Shown: one piece after another, positions 48,632 through 58,354 of the stretch | How the letters are laid out: each line of letters starts with the position of its first letter | How positions within the stretch are numbered: the stretch's first letter is position 1 | Assembly: GCA_027002375.1 (NCBI GenBank) | Contig: JALWZX010000011.1 | Span: 18,317-82,316, forward strand | DNA from: a candidate division WWE3 bacterium | GTDB lineage: Bacteria; Patescibacteriota; WWE3; 2-01-FULL-39-13 | Length of the DNA stretch: 64,000 bases | Reading direction: 5' to 3' | Program-made: the position numbers and the translations under genes | Notes under the pieces: model-generated | The model's database searches: none | The model's input: only the letters and a program-made list of their open reading frames with translations | Told to the model about the DNA's origin: nothing

Positions 48632-48726
48632 AGGCAGAATTCCTTATATAACAAAATTGCTTATATAATAATTATAGTACAAAAGTAATAAACATCAAAC
48701 TATTTTTCAAATTACTGGCAATGCGG

Positions 48727-50034
48727 TTAAGTTCCAGCATCTTTGTTGGTTTCGTCATGAGCACCATTAGGATTTTCGTTATTCTTGTTATCGCCAGCAT
48801 TTTCTGTGTCTTCAGTATCACTGTCTTGTGCACCTTTTGCCTCTATTTTTTCGGTATATTGACTGCTTCCACTTATCCATCCTTCTTTACCGGGCTCGTA
48901 TTCTATTTTATACCACCCATTCGATTCCTCCAAAATGTCAAATGTTTCACCTACTTTTACTTGTGCAACTTCAGAATTGCTTCTGCCTGCACCTGATCTA
49001 ACTCTCAAAAAACCTAAGCTATTTGGTTTAATCTTAACTTGATCTTTCACACTAACGCCCTCTTTTTCACTATTAGTAATGTCAACTTCTTTGCCTAATA
49101 TCTGAGCAACAACTTTATTCGCATCGTCAGACAGACCTTCTTCGTGACTTGACCCCAAGTATGCAACTAATGTACCGTCTTCTAATTTAACATCTGTAGC
49201 ATTAATTTCGTTTCCCGTATCATTATATATTTTACCATTGTCATCAATAAAATAGTCAAACTTACTTACATTTGCTGTATTTCCCAATGTCTGCGAACCT
49301 CGTGTAGACAACCAATAATTAATCGCTTTAGCCCAATCTTGCTTATTAGTATAACCAGCATTGTCATAGTTGGTAAAACTGTAAAAAGAAACTCCCTCTG
49401 GTAAACCTTCGAGTTCCCCATTAACAGGTCTAATTGGTTCTAAAAATAAATCTACACTCACAGTTACCTCATAACCAGCTCTAGCTTTTAATGTCGTTTG
49501 CAAAGACTCGTATCCATCTTTTTTATACTCAACATTGTATGTTTCGTCATCTTTATGGTTCAGTAAAGATTTAGTAGAAACTTTCACGGGTGCTTTCCCA
49601 ACCTCTACACCGTCAATTACAATACTAACATCATCTAAATTAGGGGAAACAAAAGAAAGAAGTGCATCATCTCTACCTGTCTTCGTTAACCACGTATTTG
49701 ACCCAGACCTAAAAACATCGCTAATACCTAAATCTCTGATCACAACAACCATTGTATTAGCTGATGGATTAATCGTTGTCTTATATGAGTTCAGATCACC
49801 GTTCATTTCTACTTCAACATTCGTAGTCTTAACATCTGCATAGTTAACAGGCGTTTGTCCCCTATCCTCGCCATTAATCTTAACAGATGCCTTGCCATAT
49901 AATGAATCAACTTTTACAGCCACTTTGCCCATTTTCCCCTTATTAGAAAAATTAAATATTAAAGCACCAGTGGCAACAAGTATTGCGATTATAAGAATAA
50001 TGATTGTAAATTTATATAAATCAGGTTTTTTCAT
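48727..50034 (-). CDS. PEGA-domain and bacterial SH3-domain surface protein
   Basis: TM; PEGA-like VKINGEDRGQTP and IVIDGVEVGKAP...KKDGY; SH3b GFLRVRSGAG...GWYKIEY...GWIS. Confidence 0.88.
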   Translation of the reverse strand: MKKPDLYKFTIIILIIAILVATGALIFNFSNKGKMGKVAVKVDSLYGKASVKINGEDRGQTPVNYADVKTTNVEVEMNGDLNSYKTTINPSANTMVVVIRDLGISDVFRSGSNTWLTKTGRDDALLSFVSPNLDDVSIVIDGVEVGKAPVKVSTKSLLNHKDDETYNVEYKKDGYESLQTTLKARAGYEVTVSVDLFLEPIRPVNGELEGLPEGVSFYSFTNYDNAGYTNKQDWAKAINYWLSTRGSQTLGNTANVSKFDYFIDDNGKIYNDTGNEINATDVKLEDGTLVAYLGSSHEEGLSDDANKVVAQILGKEVDITNSEKEGVSVKDQVKIKPNSLGFLRVRSGAGRSNSEVAQVKVGETFDILEESNGWYKIEYEPGKEGWISGSSQYTEKIEAKGAQDSDTEDTENAGDNKNNENPNGAHDETNKDAGT

Positions 50035-50246
50035 ATATAATTAGAAACTAACATTTTATACAATTGTATACAAGATTGTACATAAATTTTATGTGGAACT
50101 CAACGCTCGTATTGCGTCTTACGACTTTAAATATTAAAGAACATTTGTTTTCTTACGTCAAAAGACATAGCAACTAAACGTGCTCACAATGTAGACTTTT
50201 CAAATCTTCTAATATACAATAAGCTCAAGATTGGCACATTAATTAT

Positions 50247-50322
50247 GGTGAGGTAGCCAAGGTGGTCACGGCACCGGTCTGAAAAACCGGCTATGTGAGT
50301 TCGACTCTCACCCTCACCACCA
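50247..50322 (+). tRNA. tRNA-Phe (GAA)
   Basis: Acceptor GGTGAGG/CCTCACC, anticodon arm CCGGT-CTGAAAA-ACCGG, T-loop GTTCGAC, encoded CCA. Confidence 0.95.
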
Positions 50323-50446
50323 CATGAGATTAGCGAGCGAGAAATCATTGATATTAAATTATACTTAATCGTAATCTCATACCTGTTCCTACGCTTAAAC
50401 TTTAGGCGTAGAGTCAATAATATTCACAAGGGGGTGAACATTACAA

Positions 50447-50932
50447 ATGCCAGCACAACCAACTTTATACGCAGATCCTTATGCAAATTCTTACGCAGCT
50501 GATGCCGCAACAACTGCTGCAACAGGCGCATTCTTCGGAATATACATGCTTTTTTGGCTTGCAATCGCAGTATTAATGCTAATTGCTCAAATAAAGGTAT
50601 TTTCGAAAGCAGGAAGAAAATGGTGGGAAGCTTTAATTCCCTTTTACAACATATATGTATTATTAGAAATAGTACAAAGACCCGGATGGTGGTTAATATT
50701 ATTTTTTGTTCCATTCGTAAACTTCGTGGTAATGATAATCTTATTAAACGATCTATCAAAAGCTTTCGGTCACGGTGTCGGTTTCACCTTAGGTTTATTA
50801 TTTTTAGGCCCAATATTTTGGTTAATATTAGGTTTCAATAAAGACAAGTATGTTTTAGCTAAAGCTTCAACATCACAAAAACCGGTAGCAGAAACGGATG
50901 TTAAGCAAGAAACTGTACAAAAGGCAGAATAA
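50447..50932 (+). CDS. DUF5684-like membrane protein
   Basis: KVFSKAGRKWWEALIPFYNIY, PGWWLIL, LSKAFGHGVGFTLGL; SD-like AAGGGGGTG upstream. Confidence 0.85.
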   Translation: MPAQPTLYADPYANSYAADAATTAATGAFFGIYMLFWLAIAVLMLIAQIKVFSKAGRKWWEALIPFYNIYVLLEIVQRPGWWLILFFVPFVNFVVMIILLNDLSKAFGHGVGFTLGLLFLGPIFWLILGFNKDKYVLAKASTSQKPVAETDVKQETVQKAE

Positions 50933-50961
50933 ATAATTCTACCGAAACATTTGTATGCGAC

Positions 50962-50989
50962 AGTCGCGGGCTTATGCCCGCGACTTTTT
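50962..50989 (+). terminator. rho-independent terminator (REP-like hairpin)
   Basis: AGTCGCGGGC-TTAT-GCCCGCGACT followed by TTTT. Confidence 0.8.
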
Positions 50990-51021
50990 GTTAGAAAAGT
51001 CACAAACTAAAATTTTGTAAT

Positions 51022-51212
51022 TTTTATCGCTAATTATTATATTAATCCGAACATAAAACCCGCGACTTTAGTCGCGTGGGTGAAGTTTAGTCAATCGCAT
51101 AATGTAATTATGCGACTATTTTCTAATGTAAGCCACGTACTTTAGTGTGTGGCAGTTCACTGAGCAATTCCACTCACACGCTAAAGTGCGTAATTTTAAG
51201 TTTGGGGGAATT
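51022..51212 (+). repeat. repeat family A copy interrupted by an insertion
   Basis: ttatcgctaattattatat | 118-bp insert | tgagcaattccactcacacgctaaagtgcgtaattttaagtttgg. Confidence 0.75.
51043..51160 (+). mobile_element. non-autonomous IS200/IS605-type miniature element (PATE-like)
   Basis: Related subterminal hairpins with ACTTTAGT centres (cccgcgactttagtcgcgtggg; gccacgtactttagtgtgtggc), right end agTTCAC, no target duplication, no ORF. Confidence 0.6.
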
Positions 51213-51346
51213 AAAGTACTCTAGACCCTAAACAATTAGCACACAGATAGATTTGCACAAACTCTAGTAGACCTAAAACATGTCTCACAGAATCAGTAGT
51301 TAAAATATTTAAAACAATTAAATTTTATGGTAAGTTTTCATTAATA

Positions 51347-52561
51347 ATGATAAAAAAAGAATGTCAAACTTGTCACAATCAATTCACAATCATAGATCAA
51401 GAAATTGATTTTCTAAAAAAGCTTGACTTTCCCCTACCGACTGACTGCCCTAAATGTAGAAAGGAAAAAAGAGAAAAGTTAGTAGATAAACCATTTTATG
51501 AGGAAGTCAAATGTGATAACTGCAAAAAAGAAATTTTAATTTGGCATAAAGTAGAACCAAACAAACAAATCTTTTGTAGAGAGTGCTTTAGAAAACTAAA
51601 ACACGAGGGCAAACTTGATCGACCACAACCAGGATACAAAGAAGGAATTCCATTTTTTGAACAACTTAAAGAGCTTCACAAACAAACACCAATAGTCGGA
51701 ACAGATATCTACCAAGATGATGAAGTTAACCAAAAAACATTAAGATCACATGAATGTTCATATACTACAAACACAATTGATTCATTTGATTTATCTAAAT
51801 GTGTTAACACCGTAAATTCACAACATCTAATCAATGCTAATAATTGTGTTGATTGTACAAACTCGATGGCTACTGAAAACTCAGTCGGCTTAGTTTCCTC
51901 ATACAGATGCAATAATTGCTCATATTTAAATTCTTGTTTTGTTTGCGACAATTGCCATTACTGCGATAATTGTGAAGACTGCCAAAATTGTTTCGCATGC
52001 TCTGGGTTGCGAAATAAAAAATATTATGTTTTTAACAAAAAATATTCGGAAAAAGAGTATAAAGCAAAAGTAAAAGAACTTTCACGACTTCCACATAATG
52101 AATTAATTGAAACAATAAAAAATTTTAAAAATACCTTACCCCTACCAGAATCTAGAAGACATCAAAACATAAACGATTGCAAATACACCAACGAAGTATT
52201 TAATTGTAATGGTTGTTTTTATGCATTTGAATCTAGAAACGTAAATAATAGTGGCTATTTATGGCATTCAGAAGCTATAAAGAACTCTTGGGATATTACA
52301 ACAATGGCCAGAAGAGTTAATGATTCATATAGCTGTTCAGACATGAGTTATGTAGAAAATTGTTACTTTTCATCAAGACTATTTGATTCGTCTAATTGTT
52401 ATTTCTCACATGATCTATATAAGTGTTATAACTGCTTCGGGTGTGTAGGTAATTCAAATGCAAAATACAACATATTAAATAAAGAATATTCACAAGAAGA
52501 TTATAATAAAATTGTAGCTCAAATTAGAGACGAAATCGGTTTACATTATAGTGAAGAGTAA
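51347..52561 (+). CDS. Cys-rich protein with N-terminal zinc ribbons and Cys-rich beta-solenoid-like repeats (family common in CPR)
   Basis: CQTC..CPKC, CDNC..CREC, then two blocks ending CFACSGLRNKKYYVFNK.YS and CFGCVG...YNILNK.YS. Confidence 0.85.
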   Translation: MIKKECQTCHNQFTIIDQEIDFLKKLDFPLPTDCPKCRKEKREKLVDKPFYEEVKCDNCKKEILIWHKVEPNKQIFCRECFRKLKHEGKLDRPQPGYKEGIPFFEQLKELHKQTPIVGTDIYQDDEVNQKTLRSHECSYTTNTIDSFDLSKCVNTVNSQHLINANNCVDCTNSMATENSVGLVSSYRCNNCSYLNSCFVCDNCHYCDNCEDCQNCFACSGLRNKKYYVFNKKYSEKEYKAKVKELSRLPHNELIETIKNFKNTLPLPESRRHQNINDCKYTNEVFNCNGCFYAFESRNVNNSGYLWHSEAIKNSWDITTMARRVNDSYSCSDMSYVENCYFSSRLFDSSNCYFSHDLYKCYNCFGCVGNSNAKYNILNKEYSQEDYNKIVAQIRDEIGLHYSEE

Positions 52562-52580
52562 CACTTAATTAAATAATATT

Positions 52581-52856
52581 ATGTCAGAAACAAAAATTTG
52601 TATAAAATGTTCAAGACAATTTGAGATATCAGATCTAGAAAAAGATATTCGCAAGAAAGCAAATGCCCCATTACCCGATAAATGCCACTTTTGCAGACTA
52701 AAAACACGTTATAATAAACTACCAATGTATGGTTTTAGAAAAGTAAAATGCCATTACTGTGGTGCAGAAATTGTAACATCTGTACCAGATACAGAAGGTC
52801 GCCCAATTGCTTGTAATAAGTGTTATAGAGAAAAGTTTCTTACCGAAATTAACTAG
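52581..52856 (+). CDS. double zinc-ribbon protein, paralogous to the N-terminus of the upstream gene
   Basis: CIKC..F.I...E...P.PDKCHFCR; CHYC...CNKCYRE. Confidence 0.85.
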   Translation: MSETKICIKCSRQFEISDLEKDIRKKANAPLPDKCHFCRLKTRYNKLPMYGFRKVKCHYCGAEIVTSVPDTEGRPIACNKCYREKFLTEIN

Positions 52857-52885
52857 AAGACACTAAGTCCATTTTTAACTTCTGT

Positions 52886-55048
52886 CTACAAAGGCGATTC
52901 AAAAGAATTCGTTTCATCTTCTTCATACAGTTTAACGTTATTTTTTATCACTTCGTCAACAACTTGATATATTTTATAATATTTTGTGTAGCTGTTACTT
53001 TTTATCTTGTGCACATAATCTATCTCCGGGTATGTAACAGTCAAGGTTTTACCCAAAAACGGCTTGCTAATCTTGCCATCAACACTAATCTTTGCCCAAA
53101 ACTTTCTAATGTCTAGATACGTAAAATCTTCTGGCAACAAATATGGTTTGAATTCCTCATATAAAATATTTGCATCACTTTGACCTAACCTGAAACTAAA
53201 GATAGAGCCGACATTTCCTAATATAGATTTCATAATATTTGGTTCAATTTGCCCTAAATACTGATGCGCAACAGTTAGTGCCAGTTTATATTTTCTTGCC
53301 TCAGAAAAAATATTCACAAAACTTTCTGTGCTAAACTTTTGAAATTCATCTACAAATAAGTTTGCCTGATGTCTTTCTTCGGTGGGCGCGTAAGTTTGTG
53401 AAAACATTTCTTGCAAAATTCTAGATATCATCATTGACCCTAAAAACGCGCTATTCCACTCACCCAACGCGCCCACCGACAAATTCACAAGTAAAATCTT
53501 TTTCTCTTTTAACACATCTCTAATGTAAAACGAACTTTTAGTCATACTAACAATTCTTCTAACTGTCGCATTAGAAAGCATTTGATTTACCTTACTAATT
53601 AGTGGCGAAACAGCTTCCCTACCATACTTATCAGAAAATGATAAGAATTCCACCGACCAAAAAGTCTTAACCACATCATCACCTATTTTCTCTATCAAAT
53701 CGTTGCGAAAAGTATTATCACTTAGTAATTTAGGAATTCTATCAATAGTTGCACCATTAGAATATTGAAGCGCCAAAACAACCTGCTTTAACAAAAACTC
53801 AAGCTTTGGGTTCCAATCAACACCAAAAAATTTCTTAAAACTTTCAACAACACCGTCAACATACAACTCTTCACTTCTGCTCACCCTTTCTAACGGATTA
53901 AAAGACAAAATAAAATCATGACTAGTAAAATCAGCATAAATCACATCGTCTTTTCTTTCTTTAGGAATTAATCTAAGCATATCTTTAGCAGTATCACCGT
54001 GTGGGTCAAGAAAAATAACACCCTCACCTTTATAAATATCATTCAACATCAAAAGTTCCATAAGTTTAGTCTTACCACTACCCGTTTTACCAACAATATA
54101 CACATGTTGATTTCTATCTTTTGGTGGAATTCCAACAAAATCAACCCCCAACCTACTAACATCATCAGCACCAACCGGTGCATCAATATCATAAAAGATA
54201 CCTCCAGGGGAAACCCCAACACCAACAATAGAAGTATCTTTACGTTTAGAAGCATCAGCAACACTTTTTGAAACAGGCAAAACTTTTTCGTTCTTTGTAA
54301 TTAACTTTCTAGACATATTTATACTCGCAGGAAAATGCAAAACAGTTGAAATTTCGTCAACAGACAGCAAATCATTCAATTTTATCTTAGAATATTCACC
54401 CGGTTCTATTTTTGAAAACTTAAAAGAATTTCCATTTTTAAGAGAAAATCTATCAAAATAAAGTTTGAAGTCAGAAACATCTAGAATATCTTTATCATTA
54501 GAAATAAGCCGAATTTCCACATCATACAAGCTACCCTCAAACTTATTTTTAGTAAGTTTAACAATCTCACGATTACCTCGTAACACAGATGCCGCACCAG
54601 TAGAAAAACTCACCTTCTCTGTAATACCCTTACTGTGCTTTTTCACCCAAACCTCAAGCGAAATAAACAAATCATTACCTTTAAAATTTTGAAAAATCTC
54701 AACCAAGTGATCAACATAATCAATATCTAAATTATCAAATGTTTTATAGGGAACTAAACCATCTTTACTCTGCACAACCCTTTTAATAAACAAGTCCCCC
54801 ACCCTTGGATACTCATTGGTAACCGACACCCCCATATCAGGAAACAAAGATTTAATTACATTACTAACACTATCTGCATTCTCATCGGGAACACCCAGAA
54901 CAAAATAAAGATAATTATCAACTCTCGTTAAACCAATTAAAAACGCACTCTTATCACAAAGTTTTGCGGTACTATTTATAAAGTCAGAAAATTTAGTTAA
55001 ATCATGAACATCTTCAGTTGAAGGTTTTAAATAATAGTATTTGTGCAT
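52886..55048 (-). CDS. TraD/VirD4-HerA-like P-loop ATPase (type IV secretion coupling-protein-like)
   Basis: DRNQHVYIVGKTGSGKT, FLDPHGD, SFNPL, LFVDEFQ, SEARKYKLALTVAHQY..Q, GNVGS...FR.G..DA. Confidence 0.88.
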   Translation of the reverse strand: MHKYYYLKPSTEDVHDLTKFSDFINSTAKLCDKSAFLIGLTRVDNYLYFVLGVPDENADSVSNVIKSLFPDMGVSVTNEYPRVGDLFIKRVVQSKDGLVPYKTFDNLDIDYVDHLVEIFQNFKGNDLFISLEVWVKKHSKGITEKVSFSTGAASVLRGNREIVKLTKNKFEGSLYDVEIRLISNDKDILDVSDFKLYFDRFSLKNGNSFKFSKIEPGEYSKIKLNDLLSVDEISTVLHFPASINMSRKLITKNEKVLPVSKSVADASKRKDTSIVGVGVSPGGIFYDIDAPVGADDVSRLGVDFVGIPPKDRNQHVYIVGKTGSGKTKLMELLMLNDIYKGEGVIFLDPHGDTAKDMLRLIPKERKDDVIYADFTSHDFILSFNPLERVSRSEELYVDGVVESFKKFFGVDWNPKLEFLLKQVVLALQYSNGATIDRIPKLLSDNTFRNDLIEKIGDDVVKTFWSVEFLSFSDKYGREAVSPLISKVNQMLSNATVRRIVSMTKSSFYIRDVLKEKKILLVNLSVGALGEWNSAFLGSMMISRILQEMFSQTYAPTEERHQANLFVDEFQKFSTESFVNIFSEARKYKLALTVAHQYLGQIEPNIMKSILGNVGSIFSFRLGQSDANILYEEFKPYLLPEDFTYLDIRKFWAKISVDGKISKPFLGKTLTVTYPEIDYVHKIKSNSYTKYYKIYQVVDEVIKNNVKLYEEDETNSFESPL

Positions 55049-55093
55049 TTAGATAGGCAAAACAAAGGTTTAAATTTCACTTTTGTATAAAAC

Positions 55094-55657
55094 CTAGCGC
55101 ATCTTAGAAGCACCGTTCAACACTTCAGAGGGCTCTTCAGAAAGCCTAAGACTAATTATATTCGCATCACCATAATGTAATCCTCTAATGCTTGGATGTG
55201 GTCCTCCTTGATCAACAAGCGTTCTATTCTCTACCCAAGCCTTCAATGAATAAGGGGTTTCAGGATTATCTTCTTTTAAACACTCAATACCTGTAATATC
55301 TACTCTATTTTTGGCAACAGGCTGAACCAACGTAACAGTTATACGCTCCTCACGGCCAAAAGCCTTACCGACAATTTGTATCACGTCATCTTCACCATTT
55401 ACACACCTCATATCTAATTGATCAGGAGTTGCCGTAACAATATTAAATTCACCGAAATAACTATCACGGTATTGTCGGTATAATCTTCCTAATTTATCAA
55501 CTTTCGGATTCATTTTGAGACTTTTAATATCGCGGCGGCTTCGAAAAACCTCCTGCCAGATCTCAAATACAAGAGAAAGGTCACCTAAGTTCTCCTTCCA
55601 CACATCAGGAATAGACTCGTATCTGGGTGTCGTTGGGTCAGTAATTGTTGAATTCAT
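55094..55657 (-). CDS. hypothetical protein (187 aa)
   Basis: Open frame with TATAAT 6 nt before the ATG. Confidence 0.7.
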   Translation of the reverse strand: MNSTITDPTTPRYESIPDVWKENLGDLSLVFEIWQEVFRSRRDIKSLKMNPKVDKLGRLYRQYRDSYFGEFNIVTATPDQLDMRCVNGEDDVIQIVGKAFGREERITVTLVQPVAKNRVDITGIECLKEDNPETPYSLKAWVENRTLVDQGGPHPSIRGLHYGDANIISLRLSEEPSEVLNGASKMR

Positions 55658-55717
55658 GCCTACATTATACGCAACACACCTTGTTTGTCAACACTATAAC
55701 ACATTCAACCCCTTTTG

Positions 55718-56788
55718 CTAATTCCTAACATATCTAGCCAAACCACCCAGAAAACCAGTATCACACTGCCTTAAATTTTTCAACGAATCCGTACCATCTT
55801 TCACACCTATAGCAATCTTATTCTTACAATAATCAACAGCACCACAATCGACCAACATATTCTTAACAATTTCATGATCTTCGTCAGTAACACCTTTTTT
55901 CTTTAAAATCTCAACTAGAACTTCCCTATCTTTTGAATTCAAATGAGTTAAACCATATTGCATCAACAACGTCATCTTACCCTCCTCCAAATCATCTTTA
56001 TTTGATTTCCCCGTATCATTAGGGTTACCAAACATACCTAATAAATCGTCGCGAATTTGAAAAGCAACACCAACGCCTTTAGCGTATTCAGACAACACAT
56101 CCAAAACATCATCACCCGCGCCAGCCAAAATTGCCCCACAATGTAATGGATTTTCAAAAGAATAAACCGCAGTTTTCATATACATCATGTTTCCAATATC
56201 ATCTTCAGAAACGTTAAAGTTTTGGGAATTCAATACATCTAATCCTTCACCACCACTTGTTATAAACATTCTCTCGGTTATATTCTCAAAAAGCTTTATC
56301 TTTACAGCATCATCAACGTCTAATCCCGCCAACAAATTGTACGCAAAATCACCACCCATAAGACCTGCAACAACACCTATAGAATTAGTAAAATGTTCGA
56401 TATCCGTCACTTCTAAACCATACTTTTCAATAAAATCACCAGCTAACTTATGTGCAGTCGGTTCACCCCTTCTTAAATCAGACTTATCAAACACATCGTC
56501 AATTACAAGCCAATGAGCGTGCAACAATTCTATAATTGCACCTACCTTAAATGCCAAATTTTTATCCTTGCCACCTAACATTTCATATGAAAAATAAACC
56601 AAAACAGGCCTAATTCTTTTCCCCTTTCGTAAAGCAACAGAAGAAAACAAATCAAAAATATCTTTTACCTTATTAGAATATGGGGAATTCAACCGTTTAA
56701 CTTCCTCCATAAAATACTCTTCAAAAAATGGGTCAAATTCTGAAATAAAATTGTTTAGTTCTTTTTTAAAATCACTATCAGTAGACAT
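55718..56788 (-). CDS. trans-polyprenyl diphosphate synthase (IspA/IdsA family)
   Basis: GKRIRP, ELLH..LVIDDVFD..LRRG (first Asp-rich motif), KTA.YSF, AFQIRDD (second Asp-rich motif), DLEEGK.T. Confidence 0.93.
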   Translation of the reverse strand: MSTDSDFKKELNNFISEFDPFFEEYFMEEVKRLNSPYSNKVKDIFDLFSSVALRKGKRIRPVLVYFSYEMLGGKDKNLAFKVGAIIELLHAHWLVIDDVFDKSDLRRGEPTAHKLAGDFIEKYGLEVTDIEHFTNSIGVVAGLMGGDFAYNLLAGLDVDDAVKIKLFENITERMFITSGGEGLDVLNSQNFNVSEDDIGNMMYMKTAVYSFENPLHCGAILAGAGDDVLDVLSEYAKGVGVAFQIRDDLLGMFGNPNDTGKSNKDDLEEGKMTLLMQYGLTHLNSKDREVLVEILKKKGVTDEDHEIVKNMLVDCGAVDYCKNKIAIGVKDGTDSLKNLRQCDTGFLGGLARYVRN

Positions 56789-56911
56789 ATCATTCAAAGT
56801 TTAACAGATTAACAAATAAAGTGTATTAGAAATAAGCAAATTTTTATGCTCATCTCGCACTGAACAAAATCTACATTTAGCAATTAAGCATATTCATTGT
56901 ATAATTTATGC

Positions 56912-58006
56912 ATGGCATTAGATGCTAAAACACCATTAACAAATAGCGCATGGACACCTAATTCTCTAACACCCATACCTGAAATGCCCAATATTGATGG
57001 AGTTAATACAATTAATCCAATTAATCCGATACCAAAAACAACCTTTATTAATGATGAACAATCGCACCAGGCCGAGGTATTTGCCGAAGAACTTAAAACT
57101 TTATTGAAAAACGCGGCTTTGGTAACAGAAGATGGTTCTTTGGTAATTGGAATGACAGCAGGTGCTTTTCCTAAACCTGGTGAACTTATTGAAAAACTAC
57201 TATCTGCATTAGGTAAAAACACGTCAGGCGAGCCTACAATAACAATTCTCGGTGAAGCTGAATCCACAATATCAATCACTCCATTAAGCTTGAACAAAGA
57301 AACCATCGTTGAATTACTAGAACATCATCTGGGTTTAAATTCTAGTAGACTATTACAACTTTCGGAAGAAGAACTTATCACATTTTTAGAAATAGCATTA
57401 CAAGAAATGTCAGAAAGAGAAGAAATAATATTTGCCGTAGCCAAACAAATCATAAGTGGAAAATTAATCAATACGGATTCTATAAATTTACTTGGGCAAG
57501 AAGAAATCGAGGTTCAGGTCGGCCTAGAATGCACTGTTGAGGCTGTTATGAATTTACAAAAAGCAGCACAAAACACTAATGCCGTGAACGTAACTTCATT
57601 CTCAAAAGAGGACGTCCAATCAGTACTACCGCGAGGTGGTCACGGAAGACATTTTGGAGATTTGCCTGCATTTTTAAGAAATCACGGTTATAATATAAAT
57701 CAGGCATTCAAATGGGAAGAAGTTATAGATTCTTTGATAGATGAAACTGGCGTTCTTTACACCCAAATAAACGGAAACCATGCTGTAGTTGTATGTGGAA
57801 TAAAAATAGAAAATAACAAAGCATATTTTCTTGTAGCGAATTCCATGAACCCTGAAATACGAGCTATAGAAATAAACCATTTTCTGCAAATCATGTCAGC
57901 ACCGAGAATCGTCAATAATCCGCATGTTCCACAAAATTATAGAAGCTCTGCATTTCTAGCAACATGGACAAGAAAAGAAGTTTTAGATCAAATAAGAGTA
58001 ATGTGA
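56912..58006 (+). CDS. hypothetical protein with C-terminal papain-like (C39/C1-like) cysteine peptidase motifs
   Basis: Q....C (EVQVGLECTVEAVMN), HAVVVCG, FLVANS; start moved to ATG 56912, which has TATAAT 6 nt upstream. Confidence 0.65.
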   Translation: MALDAKTPLTNSAWTPNSLTPIPEMPNIDGVNTINPINPIPKTTFINDEQSHQAEVFAEELKTLLKNAALVTEDGSLVIGMTAGAFPKPGELIEKLLSALGKNTSGEPTITILGEAESTISITPLSLNKETIVELLEHHLGLNSSRLLQLSEEELITFLEIALQEMSEREEIIFAVAKQIISGKLINTDSINLLGQEEIEVQVGLECTVEAVMNLQKAAQNTNAVNVTSFSKEDVQSVLPRGGHGRHFGDLPAFLRNHGYNINQAFKWEEVIDSLIDETGVLYTQINGNHAVVVCGIKIENNKAYFLVANSMNPEIRAIEINHFLQIMSAPRIVNNPHVPQNYRSSAFLATWTRKEVLDQIRVM

Positions 58007-58129
58007 TGCGCCATTTTTAATGCTAACAAATTATTATAATAATCAACCAACCACCGTTTGAACAAAACAAAAGCTTAATAAATAATCAATATTAGAATAT
58101 AATCAAAAATGTAACGCATACTACCCTAC

Positions 58130-58204
58130 GGCCCGATAGCCAAGTGGGAAGGCAGGAGTCTGCAAAACTCTTATTCGCGGGTTCGATTCCCGCTCGGGCC
58201 TCCA
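58130..58204 (+). tRNA. tRNA-Cys (GCA)
   Basis: Acceptor GGCCCGA/TCGGGCC, anticodon arm GAGT-CTGCAAA-ACTC, GTTCGAT, U73 discriminator, encoded CCA. Confidence 0.95.
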
Positions 58205-58268
58205 AATTTTCGTCTAGAATTCATAAACTCACACATTCATTTCAAGTCCCCCTTCAAACCAGCCTGCT

Positions 58269-58317
58269 TTATCACTCAAACCCAAACATTGACAATTATC
58301 TAACCTATTGTTAATAT
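58269..58317 (+). promoter_or_regulatory. groES sigma70 promoter with an overlapping degenerate CIRCE-like site
   Basis: TTGACA (58289-94), 17 nt, TGnTAATAT (-10 at 58312-17); TTATCACTC-N9-CATTGACAA at 58269-58295. Confidence 0.65.
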
Positions 58318-58354
58318 TTAACCGATATTTAAGTACATATAATTTCAAAATCAG

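Noticed and set aside
50184-50417. 77-aa minus-strand ORF
   Set aside because: Overlaps tRNA-Phe
50247-58204. Genomic island or prophage bounded by the two tRNAs
   Set aside because: No integrase, no duplicated tRNA 3' end seen, and the interval contains a housekeeping prenyltransferase
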